64,000 bases of DNA from the IMG/VR virus record IMGVR_UViG_3300035698_018475, positions 1-64,000 of that record; one strand, 5' to 3'. Within the stretch, counting starts at the first letter, position 1. Each line of letters opens with the position of its first letter. The DNA comes from a virus. Both the position numbers and the translations under genes were made by a program. Shown here piece after piece: positions 17,121 to 26,370 of this stretch. Below the pieces are notes generated by a model. That model saw only the letters and a program-made list of their open reading frames with translations, searched no databases and was not told the origin of the DNA.

Positions 17121-17546
17121 ATGTTATTGGAAAAGACTTATACAGTTGATTATGCTCATCGTCTGAAAGATCATAAAGGTTTGTGCTGTAATTTGCATGG
17201 TCACACTGGAGTGGTTGAGATCTCTCTTAGTGGAGAGATTCAGCAAGATGGTATGATCATAGATTTTGGTCATCTTAAATGGTTGGAAGCCATAGTGAAT
17301 AAGTTGGATCATGTTGTACTTGTTCAACAAAGTGATGAGTTGTTGAGAGCTCTTAGTTCTTGTAATTTCAGTTTTAAGATAGTAGTATTTTCAGGTCCAC
17401 CTACGGCAGAAGCCATAGTTCTATACTTAGGAAAGGCCATAGGTACACACTTGAAAGAAATGGGATCAACAATAACTCTTCAGCGGATTCGTTTTGCAGA
17501 GACTCCCGGTAATGTCGTAGAGTGGAAATATGGGAGAGTAGTATGA
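17121..17546 (+). CDS. queD: 6-carboxytetrahydropterin synthase
   Basis: AHRL..H.G.C..LHGH, DFG.LK, LDH, PTAE and ETP. Confidence 0.9.
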   Translation: MLLEKTYTVDYAHRLKDHKGLCCNLHGHTGVVEISLSGEIQQDGMIIDFGHLKWLEAIVNKLDHVVLVQQSDELLRALSSCNFSFKIVVFSGPPTAEAIVLYLGKAIGTHLKEMGSTITLQRIRFAETPGNVVEWKYGRVV

Positions 17547-18037
17547 AAAGAGTGAGAAGACGAAAAAGTACTTATGACTGCAGTTGTGGTACAAGAGTGT
17601 TTTACAGGGGCAGAGTGAATTCTTGGATGGGAGAATTTTCTGCAACTCCCACTATTCCACTCCTTCATTGTGAAAAGTATAGAGTACCTTTCTACTGTGA
17701 AGAGTGTGGTGCTATTAAATCACCGTGGAGGGCCATAAGAGATATAGCTGTGATTTACCCCATACCGGTACAGAATACCTATAGAGAACAAGGTAAAGTG
17801 GTGATCCCAGACCAATACAAGGGGTTTTACAAGAAAGGAGAAGGGGTACTTCTTTCTATTGGTCCGGGATATTGGGATAAAAAGTTTCACCCAGTGACAA
17901 ATCAACTTGTTCCCGGGGCGTTAGTACGTTATAATAAGGATGTAATGTGGACAATAACTGAGACAGGAGTGGATGGTGAGGAGTATGCTCTGACTATTTG
18001 TGGAGCACAAGATATTTGGTTCATCCAGGAGGAGTAA
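17543..18037 (+). CDS. groES: GroES-like co-chaperonin with N-terminal Cys/His extension
   Basis: RAIRD..VI.P......G.VVIP.....K..EG..LSIGPG....G..V.Y resembles the Cpn10 fold. Confidence 0.55.
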   Translation: MKRVRRRKSTYDCSCGTRVFYRGRVNSWMGEFSATPTIPLLHCEKYRVPFYCEECGAIKSPWRAIRDIAVIYPIPVQNTYREQGKVVIPDQYKGFYKKGEGVLLSIGPGYWDKKFHPVTNQLVPGALVRYNKDVMWTITETGVDGEEYALTICGAQDIWFIQEE

Positions 18038-18041
18038 ATAC

Positions 18042-18215
18042 ATGGAACTGACAGAGATGGTTAAGAATCATAATATGATATATCTTGGTGGTTGGGACAG
18101 GTTATATTGTAAACGTTGTGGAAAATATTTTACAATTGGAGCAGATATGTGCGATGCAGATGGTATTGATAGAGAACTTAAAAGAATTGATAAAATCAAA
18201 TGCTGTAAAAAATGA
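18042..18215 (+). CDS. Small hypothetical Zn-finger protein
   Basis: ATG after GGAGG; LYCKRCGK. Confidence 0.55.
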   Translation: MELTEMVKNHNMIYLGGWDRLYCKRCGKYFTIGADMCDADGIDRELKRIDKIKCCKK

Positions 18216-18874
18216 GTACTGGGATAGAAAAATTTAGGGCCGAGGAACGTTTTCGTCTAGCTTGGTTGAAGCATAGGGGAAACGTGCTTGCCGTATGTGA
18301 GGAGCTTAATTATCCCCTAGAGTTGGGGGAGAAATATGCAGCCAAGATTAAGAGGAAAGCAGATAGGAATGTTGCATACGGGGTGGCACAGACTATAATG
18401 ATGCAGCTTCTTTTTGGTTATGAGAGTAGAGTACATCATTTACAAACTACTTTGCTATCTCTGGAGAAGTATGATGAGTATTACATATCTTGTTGCTGTG
18501 AAGCCCCGGTGGATTTCACAAAGAAGAGGAGGAAGAAGGATTTCCATTGTACTAAATGTAAAGAACCATGTCATATTAAGTATGCTAGGTCCACTCAGAT
18601 TCTTGACATAAAGTATGAAACTATTAGACTCTTACGGGAAGAAGATTCCGCCATGGTGGATTTTGCAAAGAGAATGGGATATGTGAACCCCGATGCCCCA
18701 GTTCCAGTTGTGACCCGTAATCAGTTTCTTGTTGTGAATCCACAGGATAAACAAGTACAGGAGGATAATACCTTTGTTAATGATGTTGAGAAACTGCCTC
18801 CCATGGAGAGGGAGAAGTTGAGGAAAGAGTTGGAGTCTCATATAGTTAATAGTAAGGAAAAAAGTGATGCTTAG
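18212..18874 (+). CDS. Putative terminase small subunit / HTH protein
   Basis: N-terminal HTH-like segment (WLKHRGNVLAVCEEL), Cys clusters and a helical C-terminus, about 0.6 kb upstream of terL. Confidence 0.4.
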   Translation: MSTGIEKFRAEERFRLAWLKHRGNVLAVCEELNYPLELGEKYAAKIKRKADRNVAYGVAQTIMMQLLFGYESRVHHLQTTLLSLEKYDEYYISCCCEAPVDFTKKRRKKDFHCTKCKEPCHIKYARSTQILDIKYETIRLLREEDSAMVDFAKRMGYVNPDAPVPVVTRNQFLVVNPQDKQVQEDNTFVNDVEKLPPMEREKLRKELESHIVNSKEKSDA

Positions 18875-19025
18875 ATGTACTGATTGTGGGTGGGAACAAC
18901 CAATAGTTAGTGAACGTGATGAACCAAAGTTGTATGAATGTTATGATGGTCGATACAGATGTTGGACTTGTTATTTTAAGAGAGAAGATGAGATGAATCT
19001 GAAAGTAGAAGAGGTGGTAAAGTGA
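18867..19025 (+). CDS. Small Zn-ribbon protein (52 aa)
   Basis: MLRCTDCG...CWTC; overlaps both neighbours. Not in the track. Confidence 0.55.
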   Translation: MLRCTDCGWEQPIVSERDEPKLYECYDGRYRCWTCYFKREDEMNLKVEEVVK

Positions 19026-19261
19026 GAGTTTTTACTATTCAATTTCCAATTCCAGAGCGGACTTTTGATAAGATAGTCTCTGCTGGAGAGAAACAATCTG
19101 GAAAGAAAGTTTTTTTAATGGATCAAAATATAACAGATTTAACTTTACTTATTGATGGTAAGGAGGTTAAACCTTGTCACATTAAGATTGAACCAGGAAG
19201 AGTAAGCAGAGAAGAAATTGCTACCGTTCGTAAGAATTTACTAGGTAAATTAAAAGCATGA
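19022..19261 (+). CDS. Hypothetical protein
   Basis: GTG start overlapping the previous stop. Confidence 0.55.
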   Translation: MRVFTIQFPIPERTFDKIVSAGEKQSGKKVFLMDQNITDLTLLIDGKEVKPCHIKIEPGRVSREEIATVRKNLLGKLKA

Positions 19262-19272
19262 AGGAGTAAATT

Positions 19273-19452
19273 ATGCAAGAAACTAGTACAAGTCTTGCTT
19301 CTATCAGTATGAGTAGTATTGATAAGTTTGATGGGGCTGCGGATAGTTTAGAGGCAAAAGGTTGTAAATTAGTGCCGGGTAGAGAAGAGCAAAAGAAAAG
19401 AATGAGTGAAGTCGAAGAACCTAAGATATTTTTTATTGGGAAATGGCATTAA
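19273..19452 (+). CDS. Small hypothetical protein (59 aa)
   Basis: AAGGAG RBS; MQETSTSL...; not in the track. Confidence 0.5.
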   Translation: MQETSTSLASISMSSIDKFDGAADSLEAKGCKLVPGREEQKKRMSEVEEPKIFFIGKWH

Positions 19453-19471
19453 AGGGTAATGGTACAGTATA

Positions 19472-21427
19472 ATGCCAACTAAGGTTAAAGTAGATTCTTA
19501 TCTTGACTATCTGTATAGGATGGATTACAAAGAACATCCTACAAATTTTGAAACCTTTATCTGTGACGATCAGTTTCTTGGGAAATCCACAGGGAATGGG
19601 AGAGCCATATACAATATTTGGAAGAAGAAGTTGCCCCAGATATTGGGGGAAAATAGTAGACCAGTAGTGGTATTTACCGGGGCCATTGGTACGGGGAAGA
19701 CCACATCAGCTTATCTTGGAGTAGCTTATGTGATGCATCGGTTGTTGTGCCTGAAAGATCCTTGGGGATTTTTTGACCTGTCAGATGGGGATAAGATGTC
19801 CGTTACTTTCTTCAATCTAACCAGGGATCTGGGGAAGTCCCGTGGATATGGTCTACTCCAATCTTATCTGGGGAAGTCCCAATGGTTTCTCGACAGGTCC
19901 TCCTCAGTCACGGGTAAGATTATTCCAACTGTTAACTTCCCACTATTTGAATATCTACTTGCGTCCCCATACTCCAAGGGTTTTGGTACCGCGGGGCATC
20001 ATGTTATTGCCGCGGTGATGGATGAAGTGGATGATCCTAATGAATCTGTCAAACAAAAGGTACGGGTATTAAAAGCTTATGAATCCACTTGGAGAAGGTT
20101 TGAATCTCGTTTTATGATCCATGGAGAGAGTTTGGGGAAATTCTTTTTACTGGCATCAAAGCAGGAAGAACTATCCTTTTTGAATACCTTTGTTGATGAG
20201 ATGAAGGGATCAAAACAAATAGTTATAGTTGATATAGCCCTGTGGGAAGCAAAACCTTCTACTAATTATTGTGGTAAAAAGTTTCCGGTTACTGTGGGAG
20301 ATGCTTATACTCTTCCCACTCTTCCCACTGTGGAGGAAGCGAAAGTAGCTACCAGGGAGGGTAAGACTATTATTTGGGTCCCTGTGGAGTACAAGGATGA
20401 TTTTGGGAGAGATATTATAGGGGCACTGCGGGATATAGCGGGAGTAAGTGTTGCTGCTTCCAGGAGAGGTAAGTTATTCCCCTCTGAGAAGTTCTTATTC
20501 AGTTGCTATGATGATACCAAACCTAATCCAGTATCTAAAAATGAGATTCTCACCGGTCTGAAAGATCCTGTGGATTATATAACTTATTTTAATCTATCTA
20601 AGTTTAGATCTTCTCTGAATGTGCCACGATACATCCATGAGGATATAGCTTTCTCCGGAGATGGTGATTGTGTCGGTCTTGGATGCTCCCATGTCAAGGA
20701 GTGGAGGGAAGTACCTATACAGAGAGCGGATGGTTCGTTCACTTATAAAAGAGTCAAGGTGATTGAGACTGATTTTGCAATTAGGTTCAGGGCCAATCCG
20801 GGGGATCAAGTTCCAGCGTTTAAGGTTAGAAAACTTATTTTGGACCTTCGTTCAAGAGGTTTGGTCATCAAGAAGTTTACTGCCGACCTGGTTTTGGCCT
20901 CCACAGATACTATGCAGATCCTGGGTAATGTTGGAATAGATTGTGATTATTTATCCCTGGACCGTACTTTACAGGCATATATGGAGTTCAAGAACCTGGT
21001 GTTGGAAGAGAGGTGGGTTGGGGGAGTGTGGCCTTATCTTCATTTCGAACTGAAAAATTTGGAACTTGATGAAGAGAAGGGTAAAGTGGATCATCCTGAT
21101 AAAGTTACGGAGATTGAAGTATTAAAAGATGGGGATGTCCGGGAGGTTGTTATGGTGGGATCAAAAGATGTTTCAGATGGAGTGGTAGGGTCAGTTTTTA
21201 GTGCTCTATCAGAAGGAGCTGCTCCTCCTGATGTTGGAGTAATGAAAGACCTTCTAGATAAAGTCAAGCATGAACCTGGGAGAATGGATGAAATGCAAAA
21301 AGTAGTAACCGATCTGACCGGGTTAAGTTTGGCTCAAAATATTCCAAGTACCTCGGAGGAAAATACTGCCGGGGTTGATAAGTTTGTTGAAGTACTTAAA
21401 AAAATGGGTAGGCCGTCTAAGTATTGA
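19472..21427 (+). CDS. Terminase large subunit
   Basis: Walker A FTGAIGTGKTT, Walker B AVMDEVD, nuclease HEDIA...D..G and DHP...SKD.SD.V.GSV. Confidence 0.9.
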   Translation: MPTKVKVDSYLDYLYRMDYKEHPTNFETFICDDQFLGKSTGNGRAIYNIWKKKLPQILGENSRPVVVFTGAIGTGKTTSAYLGVAYVMHRLLCLKDPWGFFDLSDGDKMSVTFFNLTRDLGKSRGYGLLQSYLGKSQWFLDRSSSVTGKIIPTVNFPLFEYLLASPYSKGFGTAGHHVIAAVMDEVDDPNESVKQKVRVLKAYESTWRRFESRFMIHGESLGKFFLLASKQEELSFLNTFVDEMKGSKQIVIVDIALWEAKPSTNYCGKKFPVTVGDAYTLPTLPTVEEAKVATREGKTIIWVPVEYKDDFGRDIIGALRDIAGVSVAASRRGKLFPSEKFLFSCYDDTKPNPVSKNEILTGLKDPVDYITYFNLSKFRSSLNVPRYIHEDIAFSGDGDCVGLGCSHVKEWREVPIQRADGSFTYKRVKVIETDFAIRFRANPGDQVPAFKVRKLILDLRSRGLVIKKFTADLVLASTDTMQILGNVGIDCDYLSLDRTLQAYMEFKNLVLEERWVGGVWPYLHFELKNLELDEEKGKVDHPDKVTEIEVLKDGDVREVVMVGSKDVSDGVVGSVFSALSEGAAPPDVGVMKDLLDKVKHEPGRMDEMQKVVTDLTGLSLAQNIPSTSEENTAGVDKFVEVLKKMGRPSKY

Positions 21428-21486
21428 ATATAATTTGTAGTAGTTAGAGTTTTATTTTACTAGTTACTAGTAGAAAGGAGTTCGTT

Positions 21487-21804
21487 ATGAGCCCAGAAGA
21501 GAGTCCAGTGGGAGAAACCCAAGGTGGGAATGTCCCAAAAACAGAACCAGAAACCCCTTCGGAGGAACAGGCAGAACCGAAGGAAGCTCAGGAAGAAGCT
21601 GTTACTACCAATGAAAATACCAGTGAGGTGGTAGAAGAAGATCAGAGTGAAGATTCTCCTAGTGAAGATTCTCCTGATGATGCCAAGGAAGAAGAACCTA
21701 CTCCGGAAGTGGCGTCACCACAAGAGCCTGCTCCCCCAACTGCGGATCAGGTGACTGAACCAGGTCCGGAAAAGCCTGTGGAAGGAGAGAGTCCTAACCC
21801 CTAG
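21487..21804 (+). CDS. Acidic low-complexity protein
   Basis: AAGGAG RBS; rich in E, P and S. Confidence 0.65.
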   Translation: MSPEESPVGETQGGNVPKTEPETPSEEQAEPKEAQEEAVTTNENTSEVVEEDQSEDSPSEDSPDDAKEEEPTPEVASPQEPAPPTADQVTEPGPEKPVEGESPNP

Positions 21805-21864
21805 AGGTAGGTAGATACACGCTCCTCAGTACTCAGCTACAGGGAGAAATTCTTGTAGCTGGGT

Positions 21865-22242
21865 ATGTTTTTTAATCAATTAGTAAAGGTACTTCTTGTG
21901 GCTAAGAGTAATAAGAAAGTTAATGATGAACGTCGTAAGATGCTTCGTCAGTTTAGGAATGATCTGAATGAAGTAACAGTAGATCTGGTGAATAAGTATG
22001 ACCCTACTTATCCAGAGTTGTATTCCATAATGAGTGATATCCTAAATTCTTGGGCGAAACAGATGTTGGAAGATGAGCAGGATGGAATAGTGGTAAGACC
22101 CAAGGCTGATTTTGATGATTCATTATGTGAGTATTGTGCTGGAAAGTTAGTTAAGCACCGGAGGAAGACTCTTTGTTCCAAGTGTGGGAAAGAACCTTCT
22201 CCTTCAGATGAAGGTCATGGATTATTCCCGGATCGACTTTAA
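21865..22242 (+). CDS. Hypothetical protein with C-terminal Zn ribbon
   Basis: CEYC...CSKC. Confidence 0.6.
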   Translation: MFFNQLVKVLLVAKSNKKVNDERRKMLRQFRNDLNEVTVDLVNKYDPTYPELYSIMSDILNSWAKQMLEDEQDGIVVRPKADFDDSLCEYCAGKLVKHRRKTLCSKCGKEPSPSDEGHGLFPDRL

Positions 22243-22304
22243 TCATATATTGTTCATTGTTTACCGGGTGGAAGATACTAATGTTTTGTGAAAGGAGTAT
22301 TGTT

Positions 22305-22658
22305 ATGTTGTGTAGAAGGTTTTCTACTATATTGCTGCTTGTAGCAGTAATGATGATGTTAGCGGGATGTATAGGTACTCACACTCGTGATCAAGTACTT
22401 ATCCCCGCCATGGCCGTCGCTTGGGACGGTGTATGTACCGATGCGGTTGCGGGAGGTGCCGATGTTGATGTCTTGGACAAGTTTACAGTGGCGTTGAAAG
22501 AAAAAGATAAAGTAACTATTATATCTCTTTGGCCGGCTATTAAAATCTCAGCGGAAACGGGAATTAAAAATGCTCCACCGGGATTAAAAGCCTCGAAAGA
22601 AGAGAGGATACGTAATTTCGACGAAGCTGTAGTTAAGCTGGCTAGCAGATTATTTTGA
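22305..22658 (+). CDS. Lipoprotein
   Basis: Signal peptide with lipobox LAGC; ATG 22305 after AAGGAG. Confidence 0.7.
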   Translation: MLCRRFSTILLLVAVMMMLAGCIGTHTRDQVLIPAMAVAWDGVCTDAVAGGADVDVLDKFTVALKEKDKVTIISLWPAIKISAETGIKNAPPGLKASKEERIRNFDEAVVKLASRLF

Positions 22659-22760
22659 GATTGCTGGTCAGTTGACAAATGCAGGTGGAGGTTTGTGTTT
22701 TACTATATAAGTGCTTCTTATTTTAATATGGATCGATCCTAACTATGAAGGAGATATTGG

Positions 22761-23045
22761 ATGTCATTGAAAGACCAAATAGGTGACTTGCTGAAGCAGG
22801 CACTGGAAGAAGCTGGAACTGATTTAGCTGCGGCTGGAGAAGAATTATTGACCTACACAAACGAGCGGATTGCCCACCTACAGACAGTGATGGGACAGGA
22901 AGGTTTCGACCAGGCTGTGGTTGTGGAGCGTGACAATGTTCTTCTGAAAGCCAGTCTTGCAGCTACTGGTCAAGCTGATCAACTCGATGCACGTATCTTG
23001 GCTTTGATTCAAGGTATATTGCTCATCGCAGTAGCGGCTATATAG
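22761..23045 (+). CDS. Hypothetical helical protein with C-terminal hydrophobic segment
   Basis: AAGGAG RBS. Confidence 0.65.
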   Translation: MSLKDQIGDLLKQALEEAGTDLAAAGEELLTYTNERIAHLQTVMGQEGFDQAVVVERDNVLLKASLAATGQADQLDARILALIQGILLIAVAAI

Positions 23046-23066
23046 TAGCTGACAATAGTGTTTAAT

Positions 23067-23102
23067 CCTCCCAGGATCTCCCCTAACGGGGGATCTTGGG
23101 GG
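23067..23102 (+). terminator. 36-nt hairpin element, copy 1
   Basis: CCTCCCAGGATCTCCCC-TAAC-GGGGGATCTTGGGGG; near-identical to 53473-53508. Confidence 0.55.
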
Positions 23103-23134
23103 TTTAAGGACAAAACAGATGTGTTTCTTAGAAA

Positions 23135-23413
23135 GTGAGGTATATGATGCAAGATGTAGTAATTCCAGAATACCTTCTGATCTACATCCCGGTAATAGTG
23201 TGGCTGTTAAGTCAGCTTAAGAGTGCCATTACTAGTGATAAAGTCAAAGGTTTTATACCTTTGGTTGCTCTTCTTGGAGCAGTTGGGCTATCACTCTTGG
23301 CGAAGCAACCGGAAATTACTTGGCGTGCCACTATCTTGGGTGGTATACTCTTGGGTGTAGGAGCGAGTGGGGCTTATGAGACCTTTAGGGCCAGGAAGTT
23401 ACTTAAAAAGTGA
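23135..23413 (+). CDS. Holin-like membrane protein
   Basis: Three hydrophobic segments, FIPLVALLG..GILLGVGASGAYE and a basic C-terminus. Confidence 0.6.
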   Translation: MRYMMQDVVIPEYLLIYIPVIVWLLSQLKSAITSDKVKGFIPLVALLGAVGLSLLAKQPEITWRATILGGILLGVGASGAYETFRARKLLKK

Positions 23414-23430
23414 ATATACAAGCTCTCTGA

Positions 23431-23556
23431 ATCCAGTATGTAGGCGTGAAAATATCGCGGAGAAACTATGGTAGGAGTTTCATAGCCCCTCCCGTAACGC
23501 AGCCATAGGCTTAATCGGGCAATCGGCTATTAAAGCTGAGCATACTGGAATTTTTT
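23431..23556 (+). ncRNA. Candidate structured ncRNA
   Basis: TCCAGTATG/CATACTGGA closing helix, internal hairpins including a GCAA tetraloop, then T6. Confidence 0.45.
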
Positions 23557-23572
23557 GTAGGAAAGGGGACCG

Positions 23573-23923
23573 ATGATGAGTAAAATGAAATATATGCTTA
23601 TAATAAGTATAATACTATTGATGGTAGTAACAGTTGCTGCCCCACCGTTAATCATGCGATTGAACCGTATAAATTATCGGTGGTTGAAGTGGACACCGTT
23701 ACGGTCGGAAGTCAAGGTGTGGACACTTGGGGATCCCAATAACATTGAGTATCATAAGATAACAGATCAATGGCTTGATCCGAACTGTACAGAGATGCAC
23801 TTGGATATACTGATGCCAAAATATGGTGGTGAGGATAAAGTGATTGAGATTAAGATGCTCGTCCGGTGGATAGGTTTACCAGAATTTGCACAAGAGGTTA
23901 GACAAGAGGAGCTAATTAAATGA
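23573..23923 (+). CDS. Exported/membrane-anchored protein (paralog A)
   Basis: Signal-like N-terminus; WLKW.P..EV.V..DPN pattern shared with the next gene. Confidence 0.6.
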   Translation: MMSKMKYMLIISIILLMVVTVAAPPLIMRLNRINYRWLKWTPLRSEVKVWTLGDPNNIEYHKITDQWLDPNCTEMHLDILMPKYGGEDKVIEIKMLVRWIGLPEFAQEVRQEELIK

Positions 23924-24246
23924 GTAAGTCCTGGATAGTTCCAGTTCTTTTGCTGGTAGTAATAGGAACATTCGTTTTTGCATATGAACCCACACGGTAT
24001 GTGACTAGTCGTTGGTTACAGTGGTATCCCCATCAAATTGATGTTGTAGTACGGGATCCAAACGGAGTAGAGTTACAACGTGAGGAGATTTATATAGAGA
24101 TTGATCCAAATATGTTTACCTTAGGAACGATGTGTGTGGATGTACCACTTCCTGAAAGGTGTGTGGCAACCATATATATAAAGGTAAAACGTATAGACTT
24201 CGCAGTATATGCAGAGGTTACACAAAGAGGGAATGATGATAAATGA
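23920..24246 (+). CDS. Exported/membrane-anchored protein (paralog B)
   Basis: Signal-like N-terminus; WLQW.P..DV.V.DPN. Confidence 0.6.
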   Translation: MSKSWIVPVLLLVVIGTFVFAYEPTRYVTSRWLQWYPHQIDVVVRDPNGVELQREEIYIEIDPNMFTLGTMCVDVPLPERCVATIYIKVKRIDFAVYAEVTQRGNDDK

Positions 24247-24761
24247 AGAAAATTAGGATGTTAATTCTAATATTACTACTGGTTGGCTGTGCCAGTAATG
24301 GTGGGGATGAACCAGGTTGTGGTATGTATTCTAATGGCAGGTTCTGGCCAACTGATTACAATTATAAGAATACAAAACAATTTGAACAAGGCCACTTCTG
24401 GTTACCTCCAGATAAGAAAAACTGCCTGGTTGCTACAGAGCTTCCAAAAGGTAAGGTACTTTTAGTTGTACTTGGTGACAGGATTGGCATGGAGTGGCAA
24501 CGGGTCGATCCAAATACAATTCAGTTCAACCGACCTGGTAATCAGAGAGTAGATGGGTTGTACAGAATATATCAATACCCAGATCCCCATGAACCATCTC
24601 CGATAGATCCATCCTATTGGGGTTGGAAACAGGTGATGTATCACTGGCTGCGAACCGATTGCAGTGAAGAAAATGATGACTGCTATGGTGCCGATTGGAA
24701 TTTTGATGGTGGAGTTAATTTGATTGACTATGCTTTGGCGGTCCAAGAAAGGGGTTGGTGA
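24243..24761 (+). CDS. Lipoprotein with C-terminal dockerin/EF-hand-like motif
   Basis: Lipobox LVGC; C-terminal ADWNFDGGVNLIDYA...W. Confidence 0.65.
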   Translation: MKKIRMLILILLLVGCASNGGDEPGCGMYSNGRFWPTDYNYKNTKQFEQGHFWLPPDKKNCLVATELPKGKVLLVVLGDRIGMEWQRVDPNTIQFNRPGNQRVDGLYRIYQYPDPHEPSPIDPSYWGWKQVMYHWLRTDCSEENDDCYGADWNFDGGVNLIDYALAVQERGW

Positions 24762-24789
24762 TGTGTGAGAAGTTTAGGAAAGGAGCCGG

Positions 24790-25155
24790 ATGATGCTAGA
24801 TGAGGGAAAAGAAATACCCTTTGATCATGTACCTGATGGTACTTCTGCTAAGGATACAACCAGTGCTAGTGGTTTTTGGCTTTCTATAAAGTCTCTGCTA
24901 GAAACATGGAATAAGCTAATTGAGATGATGGAACATCCACTGGAAGAAGCTTGGTTAGCTATTTTTGAAGCTCATGAGTTCTCCCTTCCTGATGGAGATG
25001 TTCTTATACTTCCAGTGGGTGGACTACAGGAAATGGGGATAACAAAAGATATGATCCCCCCACAGTGGGAAAAGCAGATATTTGAATCCCCGCATGTTGA
25101 AGAGGGGATTTTCATGAAACCTGTTATACCCGATCCTTTTGCAAGTAGGAATTAG
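24790..25155 (+). CDS. Hypothetical protein
   Basis: AAGGAG RBS. Confidence 0.55.
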   Translation: MMLDEGKEIPFDHVPDGTSAKDTTSASGFWLSIKSLLETWNKLIEMMEHPLEEAWLAIFEAHEFSLPDGDVLILPVGGLQEMGITKDMIPPQWEKQIFESPHVEEGIFMKPVIPDPFASRN

Positions 25156-25186
25156 TTGTAAAAGTTGACTGAAAGAGTGGGACAAA

Positions 25187-25339
25187 ATGAAGTACATAGA
25201 GACCCAAGAAGAAGCCAGAGAGCGTCATAGAGAGTGGGAGAGGCGGGAGCGAAAACGTAATGCAGACTTTATTATAATACTGTTAATCTTTGCTGGTGCC
25301 ATTTTCATAGGAAGAGTGCTAATAGCATTACTAGTATAA
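25187..25339 (+). CDS. Small membrane protein (50 aa)
   Basis: Charged N-terminus and C-terminal TM helix; not in the track. Confidence 0.5.
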   Translation: MKYIETQEEARERHREWERRERKRNADFIIILLIFAGAIFIGRVLIALLV

Positions 25340-25355
25340 GTGGAGTTTAACTACT

Positions 25356-25532
25356 ATGGCTGAAAGAAGAATAATACAAGTGGAATACAATGAAAGTACC
25401 AGTTGGTACATAGTGAAGTGGGAAGAAGTGTGGCACGCAAAGTGCAGGACTATAGAATTGGCGGAAGTGGTGAGAAAATATCTACAGGATATACTGGACA
25501 GTGGGGGAGACATCACGGGGGGAGGAGATTAG
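25356..25532 (+). CDS. Small hypothetical protein (58 aa)
   Basis: GGAG RBS; MAERRIIQVEY...; not in the track. Confidence 0.5.
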   Translation: MAERRIIQVEYNESTSWYIVKWEEVWHAKCRTIELAEVVRKYLQDILDSGGDITGGGD

Positions 25533-25711
25533 GAGGATAATAATGCAAAAAGAAAGAGAGAAGAATCAAAGGAGTACCCAGAGAAATGAAGAGTATAAGT
25601 ATGGAGTAAATCCATTACAAGATATAATTCCTTTATATAAAAGGTTACGGTTAATGAAAGCTCTACATAAAAATAATAAATAAATAAATGGAGATTGATT
25701 GAGGGAGTAGT

Positions 25712-26038
25712 ATGGGTGATGATAAAACAATAAAAAAGATGGATCTTAAAGAGTTTCGAGAACTAGGTATATTGCATGAACTCAATCGTCAGTTCCTACA
25801 TCCTCTGGGTTTAGCCTTGGAAGTCAATGTTGATACCACTACTGGAGAAGTCACATTGAGTGGTATCTGGGACTATCGTCAAGATGAGGAAGGTATTTTA
25901 TACAGTAAGTTGAATGAAGAGAAGATAAGACGATTCCAGGAGTTTCAAACTCAACAACACACAAAACGTTTGAGTTGTGTGGGTTTTATCATACAAGATA
26001 CATCACTTCAAGACAAAAGGGAGGAGGAGATTAGATGA
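25712..26038 (+). CDS. Hypothetical phage protein
   Basis: KEFRELG.L.ELNRQFLHPLGLALEV resembles a recurrent phage hypothetical; GAGGGAG RBS. Confidence 0.7.
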   Translation: MGDDKTIKKMDLKEFRELGILHELNRQFLHPLGLALEVNVDTTTGEVTLSGIWDYRQDEEGILYSKLNEEKIRRFQEFQTQQHTKRLSCVGFIIQDTSLQDKREEEIR

Positions 26039-26334
26039 GAGTACCTAAATACCTATATATGGTGACCGATACTGATGAGAGGATACCTTGTTATGTACAA
26101 ATAACAGAAGAAGGACCTTTGCTTATGGACTATGATGAGTCCTGTGAAGGTGGGGTTATCCCACGCCCCACTCTATTTACCTCTCTCCGTGCCGCCAAAG
26201 AAGCTGTAAGAAATACTGTAAGAGTATATTTGAAAACTTATGCTATAGACCCAAAATCGGTCACTGATATGAGAATCCACTCAAGTTTTTATAATATTGT
26301 CCAATTTGTAAATCCAATGAATAATAATAAATAA
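26035..26334 (+). CDS. Hypothetical protein
   Basis: GGAGGAGG RBS; 4-nt overlap. Confidence 0.65.
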   Translation: MRVPKYLYMVTDTDERIPCYVQITEEGPLLMDYDESCEGGVIPRPTLFTSLRAAKEAVRNTVRVYLKTYAIDPKSVTDMRIHSSFYNIVQFVNPMNNNK

Positions 26335-26370
26335 ATAAATAAATAAAGCACCTTTGGTAGTACACATACG

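Noticed and set aside
25356-25683. G6 homopolymer frameshift that would fuse two ORFs if it were G5
   Set aside because: The second ORF has its own strong AGGAGG before ATG 25543, so two small genes explain the arrangement.
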